NCBI GenBank assembly: GCA_934541115.1 | Contig: CAKTDF010000002.1 | Coordinates: 20,630-84,629 of the forward strand | Direction: 5' to 3' | Length of the DNA stretch: 64,000 nt | Source: an uncultured Eubacteriales bacterium | Lineage (GTDB): Bacteria > Bacillota > Clostridia > Oscillospirales > Acutalibacteraceae | Shown: positions 18,918-28,649 of the stretch, one piece after another | Numbering within the stretch: the first letter of the stretch is position 1 | Layout of the letters: each line of letters starts with the position of its first letter | The notes under the pieces: generated by a model | Databases searched by the model: none | What the model saw: the letters and a program-made list of their open reading frames with translations, nothing else | Told to the model about the DNA's origin: nothing | Made by a program: the position numbers and the translations under genes

Positions 18918-19929
18918 AACATTGAAAGCTCTTTGTGAGCTTAACGGAACTTCAGGACGTGAAGAAAAGGTACGAGAGTTTATTCTTGGCAAAATCAAAG
19001 GAAAATGCGAGTATAAAATCGACCCTCTTGGCAATATAATTGCTTTTAAAAAAGGCAAAAAAACTACTTCAAACAAAGTTATGCTCACGGCGCACATGGA
19101 CGAGGTTGGTTTTATAATAACCTATATTACCGACGATGGCTTTTTGCGTTTTGATGCAGTCGGAGGAATTGATGAAAAAGTTATTGCCGGCAGAGCGGTG
19201 ACAGTCGGCGAAAAAGGAATTCCCGGCGTTATCGGTCTTAAACCGATTCATCTCACCGATAAAGCCGACGATGGGAAGGTTCCGACCATTTCAAAGCTGT
19301 ATATAGATATTGGCGCTTCAAGTAAAAAAGAGGCTGAACAATATGTATCTGTCGGAGACAGTGCATACTTTATCTCGGCGTTTGAAAAATTTGGAGATAA
19401 CAAAATTAAATCTAAGGCGATTGACGATAGATTTGGCTGCGCCGTTATGCTCGATATGATTTGCGGAGAAACAGAATATGACGCTTATTTTGTTTTTCTT
19501 GTTCAAGAAGAAGTCGGGCTTCGCGGTTCGATTGCAGCGGCATACTCTGTGGATCCGGATTACGCGATCGTTCTTGAAGCCACCACGGCTGCCGATGTTG
19601 CAGGTGTAAAAGACAGCGATGCCGTTTGCATTCTTTCAAAAGGTGCAGTCATCTCATTTATGGATAGGTCAACAGTATATGACCGCAAGCTGTTTAAACG
19701 CGCTTTTGAGCTTGCCGAAGAAAACGGTGTTGCCTGTCAGGTCAAAACGGCTGTTGCCGGCGGAAATGACGCCGGCTCGATCCATAAAAGCAGAGGCGGC
19801 GTTTATACAATTACTGTTTCGCTGCCGTGCAGATATATTCATTCGGCAACAAGTGTTGCTGATGAGCGCGATATGGATTCATGCAGAAAACTTGCAGAGC
19901 TGCTCCTTTCGGATTTTGCCAATGCTTAA
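18910..19929 (+). CDS. M42 family metallopeptidase (second tandem paralogue)
   Basis: 339 aa: AHMDEVGF, IDDRFGC, VQEEVGLRG. It overlaps the previous gene by 8 nt. Confidence 0.9.
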   Translation: MLETLKALCELNGTSGREEKVREFILGKIKGKCEYKIDPLGNIIAFKKGKKTTSNKVMLTAHMDEVGFIITYITDDGFLRFDAVGGIDEKVIAGRAVTVGEKGIPGVIGLKPIHLTDKADDGKVPTISKLYIDIGASSKKEAEQYVSVGDSAYFISAFEKFGDNKIKSKAIDDRFGCAVMLDMICGETEYDAYFVFLVQEEVGLRGSIAAAYSVDPDYAIVLEATTAADVAGVKDSDAVCILSKGAVISFMDRSTVYDRKLFKRAFELAEENGVACQVKTAVAGGNDAGSIHKSRGGVYTITVSLPCRYIHSATSVADERDMDSCRKLAELLLSDFANA

Positions 19930-20686
19930 GCTGTGTAATAACGAGGATATTGAACCGCTTAAAAATTTTTTAGATGTGTCTGATCCGCTTGCGGCATATA
20001 TACTTTGCAGAATAGAATGTTACGGCTTTGAAAAAAGCTTTTGTGAAACTTGGCTTTGCCTCGGAGAAAGAGGTATAACTGCCGCGCTCTCTGTATTTTG
20101 CGGAAATGCGGTAATTTATAATGCAGGAACCGCAGACTTTGAGGAACTCGGGCTTTTTCTTCGCTCCGGTTGTTTTAACACGTTGCTGACTGATCTGCTT
20201 GCGGCAGAAAAGTTGGGTTTCACCGATTATGAAAAAAAGCAAGCTTTGCTTTATGGTACAGAGCCTCACGAGGCGGTATGTGGAACCGCGTCAGAATATA
20301 AGCAAACATACTCACTCCTTTGCGAGTGCTTTCCGCATGAATACAGTAATGTCAAGGAGCAATACCTTGAATGGCTTTCAGACCTGACTTTCAGAAAAAG
20401 GCGTGGTTTTGCACGTGTGAAGTCTGTTTTTGAGGGAGGAGAGCTTTGTGCAAATGTGCTCACCGTTGCCGAAACCTCAAAAAACGCTGTAATAGGCGGT
20501 GTTTGCTGCGCAAAAGAAAAACGCGGACGCGGGTTTGCCGGTGCTGCGGTTCTTTCGGCTGTTTCTGAGCTCAAAAGTGAAAATAAAGATGTTTTTGTTT
20601 TGGCAAAAGACGATGTTGCCAATGGGTTTTATAAAAAGCTTGGGTTTGAATTTTATAAAAATGTTGCGTACATAGAAAGGCGATAA
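19922..20686 (+). CDS. GNAT-like acetyltransferase domain protein (C-terminal GNAT core, N-terminal half unassigned)
   Basis: The ATG at 19922 overlaps the M42 stop by 8 nt. The C-terminus reads KEKRGRGFAGAAVLSAV...ANGFYKKLGFE, an acetyl-CoA binding-type motif. The 5' part of the track ORF (19619-19921) is just an open alternative frame of the M42 gene. Confidence 0.6.
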   Translation: MLKLCNNEDIEPLKNFLDVSDPLAAYILCRIECYGFEKSFCETWLCLGERGITAALSVFCGNAVIYNAGTADFEELGLFLRSGCFNTLLTDLLAAEKLGFTDYEKKQALLYGTEPHEAVCGTASEYKQTYSLLCECFPHEYSNVKEQYLEWLSDLTFRKRRGFARVKSVFEGGELCANVLTVAETSKNAVIGGVCCAKEKRGRGFAGAAVLSAVSELKSENKDVFVLAKDDVANGFYKKLGFEFYKNVAYIERR

Positions 20687-20688
20687 CA

Positions 20689-21942
20689 ATGTTTGAATTT
20701 GACGAAAAAATTGTTGAGCTATCAAAAAAAGCACTTAAAAATACAAGAGCTGAATTTGATGTAATTGACGATATCACAGAATTTAACCAGCAAAAAATTC
20801 TTGCTGCTTTCATAAACAACAATGTCAGTGAGTCTATGTTCTCCGGTACGACAGGCTATGGCTATTCCGACCGCGGAAGAGAGGCACTTGACCGTGTTTT
20901 CGCTGAAGCAGTCGGTGCTGAAGATTCGATTGTCAGATACAACTTTACCTGCGGAACTCATACATTGAGTGTTGCGCTTTTCGGTGTTTTACGTCCGGGT
21001 GACACAATGCTTTGCGTCAGTGGTATTCCTTATGATACAATTCAGCCGGTCATCGGCATAGGAAAAAAGAAAATTTCAGGTTCGCTTGAAGATTTCGGAA
21101 TAAAATATAAACAGGTCGATCTTAGGGAAGACGGAACTCTTGATTATGATGCTATTGAAAGCGCTGTTGATAACAGCATTTCAATGGTCTATATTCAGCG
21201 TTCAAGGGGATATAATCTTCGTCCTTCCCTTTCGGTTGATGAAATAGAAAAGGTTGTTCAAATAACAAAGCAGAAAAGCAACGCTGTTGTTATGGTTGAC
21301 AATTGCTACGGTGAATGGACAGAAAAAAAAGAACCGACTCAGGTTGGTGCAGACCTCATTGCGGGCTCAATGATTAAAAATCCCGGAGCCGGAATCGCAA
21401 GAACCGGCGGATATATTGCAGGACGTCACGATCTTGTTGAAAAGTGTGCAGACAGGCTGATTTCACCCGGAATAGGTCGCGAGGTCGGAGCAACCCTCGG
21501 AATGAACAGAGAGCTTTTTCTTGGCGTATACAGTGCGCCACACGTTGTCGGAGAAGCATTGAAGAGCGCTGCGTTTGCCTCGTCTCTTTATAGTCTTCTC
21601 GGTTTTGAAACGACTCCTGCGGTTGGAGAATCCCGTCATGATATTATCCAGGCAATTAAGCTAAAAAACGAAAAGAACCTTATTTCTTTCTGCCGTGGTA
21701 TTCAGAAGTGCTCACCTGTAGACGCTTTTGCGACTCCCGAGCCATGGGACATGCCGGGATATGACAGCAAGGTCATTATGGCGGCGGGAGCTTTTACGCT
21801 TGGCTCTTCTATAGAGCTTTCCGCCGATGCTCCGCTGAGAGAACCGTTTGCCGTTTGGATGCAGGGCGGACTTAATTTTCACAGCGCAAAGCTTGCTATA
21901 ATGAGCAGCGCTAATGAAGTATTGAAGGGAATGGAAAAATGA
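20689..21942 (+). CDS. Methionine gamma-lyase family protein (YnbB / 'aluminium resistance' family, PLP-dependent)
   Basis: 417 aa. The N-terminus ...EFNQQKILAAF...SGTTGYGYSDRGREALDRVFA is typical of this family. Confidence 0.82.
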   Translation: MFEFDEKIVELSKKALKNTRAEFDVIDDITEFNQQKILAAFINNNVSESMFSGTTGYGYSDRGREALDRVFAEAVGAEDSIVRYNFTCGTHTLSVALFGVLRPGDTMLCVSGIPYDTIQPVIGIGKKKISGSLEDFGIKYKQVDLREDGTLDYDAIESAVDNSISMVYIQRSRGYNLRPSLSVDEIEKVVQITKQKSNAVVMVDNCYGEWTEKKEPTQVGADLIAGSMIKNPGAGIARTGGYIAGRHDLVEKCADRLISPGIGREVGATLGMNRELFLGVYSAPHVVGEALKSAAFASSLYSLLGFETTPAVGESRHDIIQAIKLKNEKNLISFCRGIQKCSPVDAFATPEPWDMPGYDSKVIMAAGAFTLGSSIELSADAPLREPFAVWMQGGLNFHSAKLAIMSSANEVLKGMEK

Positions 21943-22631
21943 GCACCTTTAAAGGCTTTGACAGAGATGCATTGCTGATGCTTGCAGAAAACAAGTTTAA
22001 TGACAGTAAGACGTATTATGACTCGATTAAAGAAACACTCAAGCAAAAGGCGATAGTTCCCATGCGACAAATTTGCTCCGATCTTGCACCACTTTTGTTT
22101 GAAATTGACGAGCAAATGAATCTCATTCCCGTAAAGATGGTGTCAAGAATAAGACGGGATACAAGGCGCGCCAAAAATATGGATATGTACCGTGACAACA
22201 TCTGGTGCATGTTCATGAGGCACAAGTATGAATGGAACTATCAGCCGTGCATGTGGTTTGAGATTGTGCCGGGTTGCTATACGATCGGTGTGGGTATGTA
22301 TCATACCGATTCACGGTTTCTTGAAAAATATCGGGAAGTATTTTCAGAGAATCAAAACGAATTTGAAAAAGCGCTCAGAACCGTGCTTTCTGCCGGTGCC
22401 GATCCCAGCATTGAACGGTACGCAAAGGATAAACCGGGCACAGTTAAAAGTGAGTTTTCAGATTATTATAATGCTAAGAATTTGTATTTTATCAAAAGCA
22501 GCTTTGACCTTGAACCGCTGTTTGACGGAACGGTACTGGATGAATTAAAAAGCACTGTTACTGCTTATGCTCCGATGTATAAATTTTTCCTCAAAGCAAC
22601 AGAAAAAATGATCAGTGAGAAAGGTAGATAA
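21939..22631 (+). CDS. DUF2461 (TIGR02453) family protein
   Basis: 230 aa: FKGFDRDALLMLAENKFNDSKTYYDS... The length and N-terminal motif fit the family. Confidence 0.7.
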   Translation: MSTFKGFDRDALLMLAENKFNDSKTYYDSIKETLKQKAIVPMRQICSDLAPLLFEIDEQMNLIPVKMVSRIRRDTRRAKNMDMYRDNIWCMFMRHKYEWNYQPCMWFEIVPGCYTIGVGMYHTDSRFLEKYREVFSENQNEFEKALRTVLSAGADPSIERYAKDKPGTVKSEFSDYYNAKNLYFIKSSFDLEPLFDGTVLDELKSTVTAYAPMYKFFLKATEKMISEKGR

Positions 22632-22636
22632 TAACA

Positions 22637-24154
22637 ATGAAAAGATACGAACTTTATAAAAAGCTCAAAAGCGGAACCGATATTCGCGGTGTTGCGGTTG
22701 AAACAGAAAACAGCCCTGTTCAGCTTGATGATCTGACTGTTTTTGATTTGACCTGCGGTTTTTGTCAGTGGCTTATAGATAACGGCGTAAAGCCCTCAAG
22801 CAACATTGCAGTTGGGCACGACTCAAGGATTTCTGCCGAAAGAATCAAAAAGCAGGTTATCAGCGCAATTTGTTCGTATAATTTTAATGTTTTTAATTGC
22901 TCGCTTGCTTCAACACCCGCTATGTTCATGACTACCGTTGACCTTGATTGCGCTGCCGCCGTACAGATTACTGCGAGTCATCACCCGTACGACAGAAACG
23001 GACTTAAGTTTTTCACAACCGAAGGCGGTTTGAACAGCGAGGATCTTGACAGAGTTATTGAAAATACCCGCGAAATTATTATTCCGTCGCACAAAGCGTT
23101 CACTATTGAAAAAGTTGATTTTATGTCTGTATATGCAAAAAATCTCCGTGAAATGATTTGCCGTGAGGTCAACGCAAAAGTTTATGACAAGCCTCTTCTC
23201 GGCTACAAGATCGTTGTTGATGCCGGAAACGGTGTTGGCGGCTTTTATGCAGCAGAGGTTCTTGAAAAACTCGGTGCCGATGTGGCAGGCAGTCAGTTCC
23301 TTGAACCGGATGGAATGTTTCCCAATCATGCTCCTAATCCGGAAAATAAGGAGGCAATGAAATCGATCAGCGAGGCAACGCTAAAAAATCATGCCGACCT
23401 CGGTGTTATTTTTGATACCGATGTTGACAGAGCCAGCTGTGTTGATGAAAACGGAAATGAAATTAATCGTAACCGCCTTGTTGCACTCGCATCAATAATT
23501 GCTCTTGAAGGCAATGCGGGCGGAACTATAGTTACAGACAGTGTAACCTCAACCGGGCTTACCGATTTCATTAATAATGAGCTTGGCGGTGTACATTACA
23601 GATATAAGAGGGGATACCGCAACGTAATAAATGAACAGATGAGGCTCAATGCCGAGGGCGTCAATTGCCCGCTTGCCATTGAAACCTCAGGTCATGCGGC
23701 TTTCAGAGAGAATTACTATCTTGATGACGGTGCTTATCTTATAACTAAGATAGTTATAAAAATGGCACAGATGGGCAAAAACGGAAAGAAACTTGAATCA
23801 CTTATCAAAAATCTTAAAGATCCGCTTGAAGCTGCCGAGCTACGCATAAAAATTAATGAGGACGACTTCAGAAGTTACGGTAACAAGGTTATTGCCGAGC
23901 TTGAAAAATATGCAGAAACAAAAGTCGGCTGGACCATAGCGCCGGATAATCGTGAGGGAATTCGCGTATTTCTTGACAAAGACCACGGAGACGGCTGGTT
24001 TCTCCTCAGATTGAGCGTTCACGATCCGATAATGCCGCTTAATATTGAGAGCGACTCAAAGGGCGGCACTGAACTGATTGCTCTTGAAATTCTTGATTTT
24101 CTTGAAAGTTATTCAAGTCTTGACAGCAAAGTTGTAAGGAATTTTATCAACTAA
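22637..24154 (+). CDS. Alpha-D-phosphohexomutase family protein (phosphomannomutase/phosphoglucomutase)
   Basis: Active-site loop TASHHPYDRNGLKF, metal loop FDTDVDR and sugar loop ETSGH. Confidence 0.85.
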   Translation: MKRYELYKKLKSGTDIRGVAVETENSPVQLDDLTVFDLTCGFCQWLIDNGVKPSSNIAVGHDSRISAERIKKQVISAICSYNFNVFNCSLASTPAMFMTTVDLDCAAAVQITASHHPYDRNGLKFFTTEGGLNSEDLDRVIENTREIIIPSHKAFTIEKVDFMSVYAKNLREMICREVNAKVYDKPLLGYKIVVDAGNGVGGFYAAEVLEKLGADVAGSQFLEPDGMFPNHAPNPENKEAMKSISEATLKNHADLGVIFDTDVDRASCVDENGNEINRNRLVALASIIALEGNAGGTIVTDSVTSTGLTDFINNELGGVHYRYKRGYRNVINEQMRLNAEGVNCPLAIETSGHAAFRENYYLDDGAYLITKIVIKMAQMGKNGKKLESLIKNLKDPLEAAELRIKINEDDFRSYGNKVIAELEKYAETKVGWTIAPDNREGIRVFLDKDHGDGWFLLRLSVHDPIMPLNIESDSKGGTELIALEILDFLESYSSLDSKVVRNFIN

Positions 24155-24173
24155 AAGTTAGAAGGTGAAAGCG

Positions 24174-25496
24174 ATGAAAAAATACACGACTGCGATGATA
24201 ATATTAGCATTGGCGGTTGCTGTTTTGCTTTTCTTTCTAAGATCTGAATCCGAACCTATTGATTCACTCATTCATGCGCCGGCACAGGGCGGCGGCAACG
24301 GACAAGTTTGGAGCGCTTTGGAAAAAAGTGTAGGTGAAAAGTATATTCTCAAAACACCCACGGACGGAACGCACCGTTCTGCATTGGTATATACAGACTT
24401 GAACGGCGATGAAAAAGATGAGGTTGTGATTTTTTATTCAACAGAGACGCTGAACGATTCTGTGTGTATGCAGGTTCTCACCCAAGATGAAAACGGTTGG
24501 GATGCACATGCAGGAATAAAGAGCAGTTTCAGCGAAATCAAGCAGGTTGAATTCGCTGACCTTGACGGTGACGGAAAGCTTGAAATTGTTGTTGGCTGGG
24601 GACTTCAGAAGAACAATATCATGCAGCAAATCGCTGTTTATAAATTTATTACAGACGAAAACTCACTGACACAGATATTTGATGAAAAATACTCATCGTT
24701 TGGTCTTTTTGACTTTGATTTTGACGGACGCGATGAAATTGCATTGGTTTCGTCGGATATGTCAACTGAGCCGGTAGTTCAAAAACTGACCCTGTTTTCG
24801 TATTCGGCAACAGAATTTGACATAGTTGCGGAAATTAACATAGATCCCTCGATTACAACGGTTACATGTTTGAACTTTGACCGTTACGGAAGAGCTTTAA
24901 ACGGAAGAGTTTATATTGACGGCTATACCGCAGACGGTCTTTTATCCACGGATTTACTGATCTTTGAACCGGATTCATCTAAGCTGAGCCGCTGCTATAT
25001 CGGAGACGAAACCGCAAGCGCTATTGCCAAGCGAAGCAAAAATGTTTTTTGCAGCGATATAAACAATGACGGCATAGTTGAAATACCGACTAATAGGAAT
25101 GTTGAAAACAGTTTTGCATCATTCAGTCTCATTGAATGGAAATGCGTTTTGAAGAACAGCCTTTCAACTGTTTGCTGTTATTATGACAACAGGGAAAACG
25201 GTTATTATTTCAGCGTTCCGGAATCTATTGCGGAAATATCTTATCCGTATCTTTCCGTAAACGGTACAAGGCTGGGATTTTACCTGACTGATTCGTCGGC
25301 AATTAAAACCGGCGGCGGCTCGAATCTTCTGTTTGAAATAATTATTGATAACAACGATTCTGTTAGTTTGATTTCTACTCAGTATAGGTTTTTGGATAGC
25401 CACAAAGGAAATAATTACTATTGCAGCATAACTGACGTTGGAAGCGATCTCGGCATAACAAAAAAGTTGATTTCATCAAGCCTAATATTCGTCTGA
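24174..25496 (+). CDS. Membrane-anchored extracytoplasmic protein with FG-GAP/VCBS-like Ca-loop repeats
   Basis: N-terminal TM segment (MIILALAVAVLLFF). There are four DxDxDG-like loops: DLNGDEKDEVV, DLDGDGKLEIVV, DFDFDGRDEIAL and DINNDGIVEI. The ATG at 24174 has GAAGGTGA upstream. Confidence 0.6.
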   Translation: MKKYTTAMIILALAVAVLLFFLRSESEPIDSLIHAPAQGGGNGQVWSALEKSVGEKYILKTPTDGTHRSALVYTDLNGDEKDEVVIFYSTETLNDSVCMQVLTQDENGWDAHAGIKSSFSEIKQVEFADLDGDGKLEIVVGWGLQKNNIMQQIAVYKFITDENSLTQIFDEKYSSFGLFDFDFDGRDEIALVSSDMSTEPVVQKLTLFSYSATEFDIVAEINIDPSITTVTCLNFDRYGRALNGRVYIDGYTADGLLSTDLLIFEPDSSKLSRCYIGDETASAIAKRSKNVFCSDINNDGIVEIPTNRNVENSFASFSLIEWKCVLKNSLSTVCCYYDNRENGYYFSVPESIAEISYPYLSVNGTRLGFYLTDSSAIKTGGGSNLLFEIIIDNNDSVSLISTQYRFLDSHKGNNYYCSITDVGSDLGITKKLISSSLIFV

Positions 25497-25512
25497 ACAG
25501 GAGGGTGATGTT

Positions 25513-26217
25513 GTGAAAAAGATTCTTATTGCAGAAGATGAATCCGCAATTCGCGAGCTTATAGCCTTAAATCTTGCCCATTCCGGATATACTGTGACCG
25601 AAGCTGTGAACGGTGAAGAAGCGGTTTATCTTTTTGAAAGGGACAAAGAGAATATTGACATTGTTCTTTTGGACTATATGATGCCTGTCATGAACGGCAT
25701 AGATGCATGCAAGCGTATACGTGAGCTTTCTCCAAACGTAGGTATAATTTTTTTGACGGCGAAAACCCAAGAGTCAGACAAGGTATACGGTCTTTATTCG
25801 GGCGCAGACGATTACATAACCAAGCCTTTTTCCGTCAATGAACTTCTTGCCCGCATAGAATCGGTATACAGAAGAGTCAGACTCAACAAAGAGCTGCTTA
25901 ATACTCACAGCAACGAAATTACATGCGGTGATTTTGTTCTCAGTACAAAAAAAAGAGCTATTATCATCGATAACAAAAAGACAGAACTCTCGCAAATTGA
26001 ATTTCAGATTCTCGAATACTTTTTTTCACAACCCGATACGACCATCACGCGTGAGGAAATTTTGTGCCGTGTTTGGGGCGAGGGGTATTACGGAGATGAC
26101 AAGGTTGTTGACGTTAATATCAGACGGTTACGGCTGAAAATTGAAAAGGATCCGTCTTGTCCGGAGCACCTGATAACAGTTTGGGGAAAGGGATATAAAT
26201 GGGTCACAGAAAGTTAA
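25513..26217 (+). CDS. OmpR/PhoB-family response regulator
   Basis: GTG start with AGGAGGG upstream. Receiver domain (LLDYMMPVMNG, KPF) plus a winged helix (VWGKGYKW). Confidence 0.92.
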   Translation: MKKILIAEDESAIRELIALNLAHSGYTVTEAVNGEEAVYLFERDKENIDIVLLDYMMPVMNGIDACKRIRELSPNVGIIFLTAKTQESDKVYGLYSGADDYITKPFSVNELLARIESVYRRVRLNKELLNTHSNEITCGDFVLSTKKRAIIIDNKKTELSQIEFQILEYFFSQPDTTITREEILCRVWGEGYYGDDKVVDVNIRRLRLKIEKDPSCPEHLITVWGKGYKWVTES

Positions 26218-27662
26218 AGGAGTTTGGCGGCAGTATTACAGAAAAAACAATTAAAGCGCGCTGGTTAAGAAATATCTTTTTAGTAACTATAATTGTTTTG
26301 ATCATAATATCCGCTATACTGATAAATTCGATATATTTGCGCTATGACCACGCTGCGCAAATGACGCTTAAATCATGTAATACCGAGGCGGTCGATACAT
26401 ATTTCGGTTATTACGCCAATGATGACACAGCTTTTCTCAAAGCCGCTGCAGCTTATGCCGAAAGTTACGAATACAGAGACAGAACGGATCTTTGGATCAT
26501 AGATAAAAGCGGAAATCCGATTGTTTCTTCCGGAGGATATGACGTCAGCGGGTTTACCGAAATGCCTGATTACTATGCAGCATTGTCTTCCTCTGACGGT
26601 CGTGCAATAAAAAAGACAAAAATGTCATGGGGCGAGCGGGCTATGGCTATGAGCTATATTCTAAAGGATTCTGACGGGAATAATTATGGGGCAGTCAGAT
26701 ATATTATTTCGCTCAAAGACATTAATCGCCAGTTTTCTTTTATTGTAGGTATAATAGTTGTCAGTTTTCTTTTGATAATTATGCTTATGTTTAACACGGG
26801 CTATTATTTTGTTTCTTCAATTGTCAATCCTGTTAAAGTAATAAATCAGACCGCAAAACGTATAGCTACAGGGGACTTCTCCGCCAGAATTTCCTCGCCG
26901 CACTCAGATGATGAACTCGGCGCGCTTTGCGACACAATAAATGATATGGCGGAGCAGCTTGGCGAAACCGAGAACATGAAAAACAACTTTATTTCAACCG
27001 TATCTCACGAAATACGAACGCCTCTTACGGCAATCAAAGGCTGGGGGGAAACACTTTACTCTGTGTCAGATGGCAGCGACGAGGTTATGAAAAAAGGACT
27101 CGGAATAATTATTTCCGAAACTTCAAGGCTTTCCGGTATGGTTGAGGAGCTACTTGACTTTTCACGAATGCAAAGCGGCAGGCTCAAGATGAACAACAGT
27201 GTTGTTGATATAATTGCCGAAATTCAACAGGCGTATATTATGTATCAGCCAAAGGCTTCGGCTGAAAATAAGAGTCTTTCACTGACTTTTCCCGAAAATG
27301 AGGAAAGTTTTGTATACGGTGACAGTGCAAGAATTTGCCAAGTGTTTGTTAATATTTTAGACAATGCCGTAAAATACACAGAAAACGGCGGAAAAATTGA
27401 AATTAAGGTTGAAAACACAAAAAAATATGTTAAAATTACTTTTAGTGACAACGGCTGCGGAATTGCAAAAAGCGATTTGGGTCATGTTAAGGAAAAGTTC
27501 TACAAAGCTAATAGTGAAAAGCACGGAACAGGCATCGGGCTCGCTGTTGTTGACGAAATTATTAAAACGCATAACGGTATTTTAAAGATAGAAAGTGCCG
27601 AGGGCAGCGGAACAATTGTAACTGTTATGCTGCCTGTATATAAAAAGGAGGAGCAGAATTGA
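26199..27662 (+). CDS. Sensor histidine kinase (2 TM, extracytoplasmic sensor, HAMP, HisKA, HATPase_c)
   Basis: H-box STVSHEIRTPLTAI, N-box NILDNAVKYT and G-boxes DNGCGI / GTGIGL. It overlaps the response regulator by 19 nt. Confidence 0.92.
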   Translation: MGHRKLKEFGGSITEKTIKARWLRNIFLVTIIVLIIISAILINSIYLRYDHAAQMTLKSCNTEAVDTYFGYYANDDTAFLKAAAAYAESYEYRDRTDLWIIDKSGNPIVSSGGYDVSGFTEMPDYYAALSSSDGRAIKKTKMSWGERAMAMSYILKDSDGNNYGAVRYIISLKDINRQFSFIVGIIVVSFLLIIMLMFNTGYYFVSSIVNPVKVINQTAKRIATGDFSARISSPHSDDELGALCDTINDMAEQLGETENMKNNFISTVSHEIRTPLTAIKGWGETLYSVSDGSDEVMKKGLGIIISETSRLSGMVEELLDFSRMQSGRLKMNNSVVDIIAEIQQAYIMYQPKASAENKSLSLTFPENEESFVYGDSARICQVFVNILDNAVKYTENGGKIEIKVENTKKYVKITFSDNGCGIAKSDLGHVKEKFYKANSEKHGTGIGLAVVDEIIKTHNGILKIESAEGSGTIVTVMLPVYKKEEQN

Positions 27663-28648
27663 GCAAGCAAAGCGAAAACAATATTATTCACAAAACATCG
27701 GTCGGCGGTCAGGCTCTCATTGAGGGTATTATGATGATGGGACCGAAGGGTGCTGCTGTTTCTGTCAGATTGCCGGACGGTACTATCGATACGGAAGAAA
27801 AACAGGTCAATCATATTCGTGACAAAATCAAGTTTCTCGGGTGGCCGATTATACGCGGCTGCGTCAATTTTATTGAGTCTATGATTTTTGGCTACAAATG
27901 CCTTATGCTGTCAGCAGAAAAATCCGGACTTGAAGATATGGACGAATCCGGTGAAAACATGTCAAAGCTTGACAAATGGCTCACAGACCATCTCAGCAAA
28001 AAGGTTATGAGCGTCATTACCGGAATTGCGTCTGTTTTGGGTATTTTGCTTGCCTTTTCCCTTTTCTTTTGGTTGCCCACTAAAATTGCCGATCTCATAA
28101 ATAATGCTTCCGGAGGTGCCATAACAAATTTTAGGGCTCTCATTGAGGGCGTTATGCGAATGGTCATTTTTGTGGCATATATCGCTGCCGTATCCTTAAT
28201 GAAAGATATCCGTAGGACATTCATGTATCACGGGGCTGAACATAAAACCATTTTCTGCTATGAAAAAGGACTTGAGCTGACTGTTGAAAATGTTCGCAAG
28301 CAGATTCGCTTTCATCCTCGCTGCGGAACTAGCTTTATGTTTGTTATAATAATAATCAGTGTTATTATTTCTTCGTGTATTTCGGTTGCTTTTCCGAATT
28401 TAAGAGATAATGTAGCGGTCTGGATGCTTGTCAAACTTCTCATTTTACCCATAGTCATGGGATTTGGCTATGAATTCATTAAGTATGCCGGCAGGCATGA
28501 CAATCTGTTTGTAAAAATTCTCTCCGCTCCCGGATTGTGGATGCAGAGACTGACAACAAAAGAGCCGGATGATTCGATGATAGAGGTTGCTCTTGCAGCT
28601 TTCAAAGCCGTAATTACCGATAATCCCGAAGACGATGCAATAAAGTAA
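27659..28648 (+). CDS. DUF1385 domain-containing membrane protein
   Basis: GGQALIEGIMM...YHGAEHK signature. Its position directly upstream of prmC is the usual one in Firmicutes. Confidence 0.8.
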   Translation: MSKQSENNIIHKTSVGGQALIEGIMMMGPKGAAVSVRLPDGTIDTEEKQVNHIRDKIKFLGWPIIRGCVNFIESMIFGYKCLMLSAEKSGLEDMDESGENMSKLDKWLTDHLSKKVMSVITGIASVLGILLAFSLFFWLPTKIADLINNASGGAITNFRALIEGVMRMVIFVAYIAAVSLMKDIRRTFMYHGAEHKTIFCYEKGLELTVENVRKQIRFHPRCGTSFMFVIIIISVIISSCISVAFPNLRDNVAVWMLVKLLILPIVMGFGYEFIKYAGRHDNLFVKILSAPGLWMQRLTTKEPDDSMIEVALAAFKAVITDNPEDDAIK

Positions 28649-28649
28649 T

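Noticed and set aside
19619-19921. A 5' extension of the 355-aa track ORF that overlaps the second M42 peptidase by about 300 nt.
   Set aside because: The extension is an open alternative frame of the peptidase gene. The ATG at 19922, overlapping the M42 stop by 8 nt, gives a sensible coupled start.
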